In this document: positions 62,340-64,000 of the stretch, piece after piece
Numbering within the stretch: position 1 is the first letter of the stretch
Layout of the letters: every line of letters starts with the position of its first letter
Assembly (NCBI GenBank): GCA_964617805.1
Contig: CAZTWK010000001.1
Coordinates: 95,050 to 159,049, forward strand
Direction: 5' to 3'
Length of the DNA: 64,000 bases
Origin: an uncultured Fibrobacteraceae bacterium
GTDB taxonomy: Bacteria > Krumholzibacteriota > Krumholzibacteriia > LZORAL124-64-63
Translations under genes and position numbers: made by a program
Notes under the pieces: generated by a model
What the model was told of the DNA's origin: nothing
Seen by the model: the letters and a program-made list of their open reading frames with translations, nothing else
Database searches by the model: none

Positions 62340-63842
62340 TCACTTGGGGGCCGCCGCGCCATCGGCCTCGCCCACCCAGGCCTGCACCAGATCGGCGATC
62401 TCCTGGGGGTTGGCGCCGGCGAATTCGCGCACCTCGGTCAACTTGTTCTCGAGGCTCACGACGGCCTCGTCGGTCTCCAGGATGTCGGTCATGTCCTCCA
62501 CGGAGGTCGGCTCCGGGGCGCCCTCGGGCACGTAGACCTGGCCCATCATGGCGCCCAGGGAATTCTTCAGGCGCAGGGCCATGAAGAGCAGCAGCCCGAA
62601 GAGCAGGAACTTGCCGATGTTCTCCGGCAGCTTCTGCATGATGGGACCGATGCTCAGGCCGGTCTCCTCGACCACGACCTGGGGCTCCTGGAAGCGCATG
62701 TTGACGACCTCGATGCGGTCGCCGCGCGCGGCGTCCAGGCCCACCGCCGTCTGCACGATGCGCTCGATCTGCTGCAGTTCCTCTGCGGGCAGCGGCGCGT
62801 AGGCGGGCGCCTCCTCCCCTTCGACGGTCTCGTAGCGTCCGTCCACGAAGACGGCCACCGAGAGGGACTCGATGCCGCCCACCTCGCCCACCACCGTCTC
62901 GAGGGTCTCGTTGATCTCGTAGTTGGTGGTGGAGGTCTCGTTGCTGCCGCCGGCGCCCTCGGTGCTCTCGTTGCGCTCCTCGCTGCGCACGACGGTCTGG
63001 TTGGGATCGAAGATCTTCCGCTGCTGCTCCAGCCGTTCGAAGTTGAGCGTGGCGTCCACGCGCACGATGGAGCGGTTGGGGCCGAGCACCTGGGCGAGCA
63101 TGCCCTGGGCCTTGCCGGAGAGGTAGTCGTCGACTTCCTTCTTCATGGCCAGCTGGCTCTCGCTGCGGGCGGCGCCGTCGCTGCCGTAGTTCTCCGACAA
63201 CACGACCCCGAACTGGTCGTGCACCGCAACGTGGGGCACCTCGAGCCCCTCCACGCTGCCGGCCACCAGGCTCTGCACGCCCCGGATCTGGTGGGGCGAG
63301 AGGGCGGTGCCGCGTCCGAGCGTCAGCACCACCGAGGCCGTCGCCGGCGACTGCATCTTCTTGAAGATCGACGGCTTGGGCATGACCAGGTGCACGCGGG
63401 CCGCACGGATGCCGTTGATGGACTCGATGGTCTGGGTAAGCTCGCCCTCCAGCGCTCGCTTGAAGTTGACGTTCTGGACGAACTCGGTCATGCCGTACTG
63501 CTTGCCGTCGAAGATGCCCCAGCCCACGGTGCCCGACGAGGGGATGCCCTTCGCCGACAGGTCGACCCGCGCGCGGTGCACCACGCCCTCCGGCACCATG
63601 ATCGTGGTGCCGCCGTTGGTCAGCTCGGCCTCGATGTTCTGCTTGTTGAGCTCGGCGATGGCCAGCGACGCGTCCTCGGGCGAGAGATTGGTGAACAGGA
63701 CCGTCGTCTCCTCGCTCTGCAGCCAGACGCTGAAGATGGCGACGCTGAGCACGGCCGCGCCCAGGATCACGCCCATCAGGATCTTCTGATTGAACGTGAA
63801 GCGGTCTGTGATGGTCTTGAGGTTGTCGAGCAGTTGCCTCAT
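62340..63842 (-). CDS. fliF: flagellar MS-ring protein FliF
   Basis: 500 aa, N-terminal TM (ILMGVILGAAVLSVAIFSVWL), YscJ/FliF periplasmic domains, second TM near C-terminus. Confidence 0.9.
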   Translation of the reverse strand: MRQLLDNLKTITDRFTFNQKILMGVILGAAVLSVAIFSVWLQSEETTVLFTNLSPEDASLAIAELNKQNIEAELTNGGTTIMVPEGVVHRARVDLSAKGIPSSGTVGWGIFDGKQYGMTEFVQNVNFKRALEGELTQTIESINGIRAARVHLVMPKPSIFKKMQSPATASVVLTLGRGTALSPHQIRGVQSLVAGSVEGLEVPHVAVHDQFGVVLSENYGSDGAARSESQLAMKKEVDDYLSGKAQGMLAQVLGPNRSIVRVDATLNFERLEQQRKIFDPNQTVVRSEERNESTEGAGGSNETSTTNYEINETLETVVGEVGGIESLSVAVFVDGRYETVEGEEAPAYAPLPAEELQQIERIVQTAVGLDAARGDRIEVVNMRFQEPQVVVEETGLSIGPIMQKLPENIGKFLLFGLLLFMALRLKNSLGAMMGQVYVPEGAPEPTSVEDMTDILETDEAVVSLENKLTEVREFAGANPQEIADLVQAWVGEADGAAAPK

Positions 63843-63883
63843 CGTGTCGCTTCAGCTCCCCGCTGCGGTGACTTGGGTCCCGT

Positions 63884-64000
63884 TACAGCTGCATCTGCAT
63901 GATCGTGTTGTAGCTCTCCAGGAGCTTGTTGCGTATCTCCAGCATGAGCTCGAAGGCCAGCTGGGCCTCCTCGGCGGCGATCATCACGTCGTGGACCTCG
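63884..64000 (-). CDS. fliE: flagellar hook-basal body protein FliE, C-terminal part (gene starts beyond window end)
   Basis: Minus-strand translation ...EVHDVMIAAEEAQLAFELMLEIRNKLLESYNTIMQMQL* matches the conserved FliE C-terminus; stop TAA at 63884..63886; 41 nt before fliF. Confidence 0.75.

Overview
High-GC (~70%) bacterial chromosomal segment, almost entirely coding. All but two genes (rpsT, mltD-like) lie on the minus strand.

First ~36 kb: housekeeping operons.
- cmk (5' end, runs off the window), hisC, a pseudouridine synthase, scpB/scpA, trpS, xerD, uvrC.
- rpsT (plus strand).
- dapB/dapA/dapF with an Ig-like lipoprotein and argF in the same operon.
- hslUV, xerC, trmFO, topA in a Bacillus-like topA-trmFO-xerC-hslVU order, preceded by an Smg/DUF494-like gene.
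- secA.
- An accessory envelope module: a CdsA/dolichol-kinase-family membrane protein, a ~700-aa Slt-type lytic transglycosylase, and a ~930-aa M6 (InhA-like) zinc metalloprotease carrying a T9SS-type C-terminal sorting domain.
- guaA, purH, purC, comEC, and a cytoplasmic GGDEF diguanylate cyclase.

A low-GC divergent regulatory region with iterated CGCACGT motifs separates the GGDEF gene from a plus-strand MltD-like lytic transglycosylase (two LysM domains). A FadL/PorV-family outer-membrane barrel follows it on the minus strand.

Last ~24 kb: one large minus-strand flagellar/motility cluster in Firmicute/spirochete-type order.
- fliE (partial), fliF, fliG, fliH, fliI, fliJ, a ylxF/flbB-like gene, fliK, flgD, flgE, flbD, motA, motB, fliL, fliM, fliN, fliO, fliP, fliQ, fliR, flhB, flhA, flhF.
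- Then a small membrane protein, fliA (sigma-28), two small unknown proteins, and a FleQ-like sigma-54 activator.

Two near-consensus sigma-54 (-24/-12) promoters sit inside this cluster, upstream of fliP and of fliA.

Nearly all junctions are tight or 4-nt overlaps (GTGA/ATGA/TTGA). Many six-frame ORFs are over-extended at the 5' end into Arg-rich stretches; true starts were re-called from GTG/TTG plus Shine-Dalgarno evidence.

No rRNA, tRNA, CRISPR or IS elements were seen.
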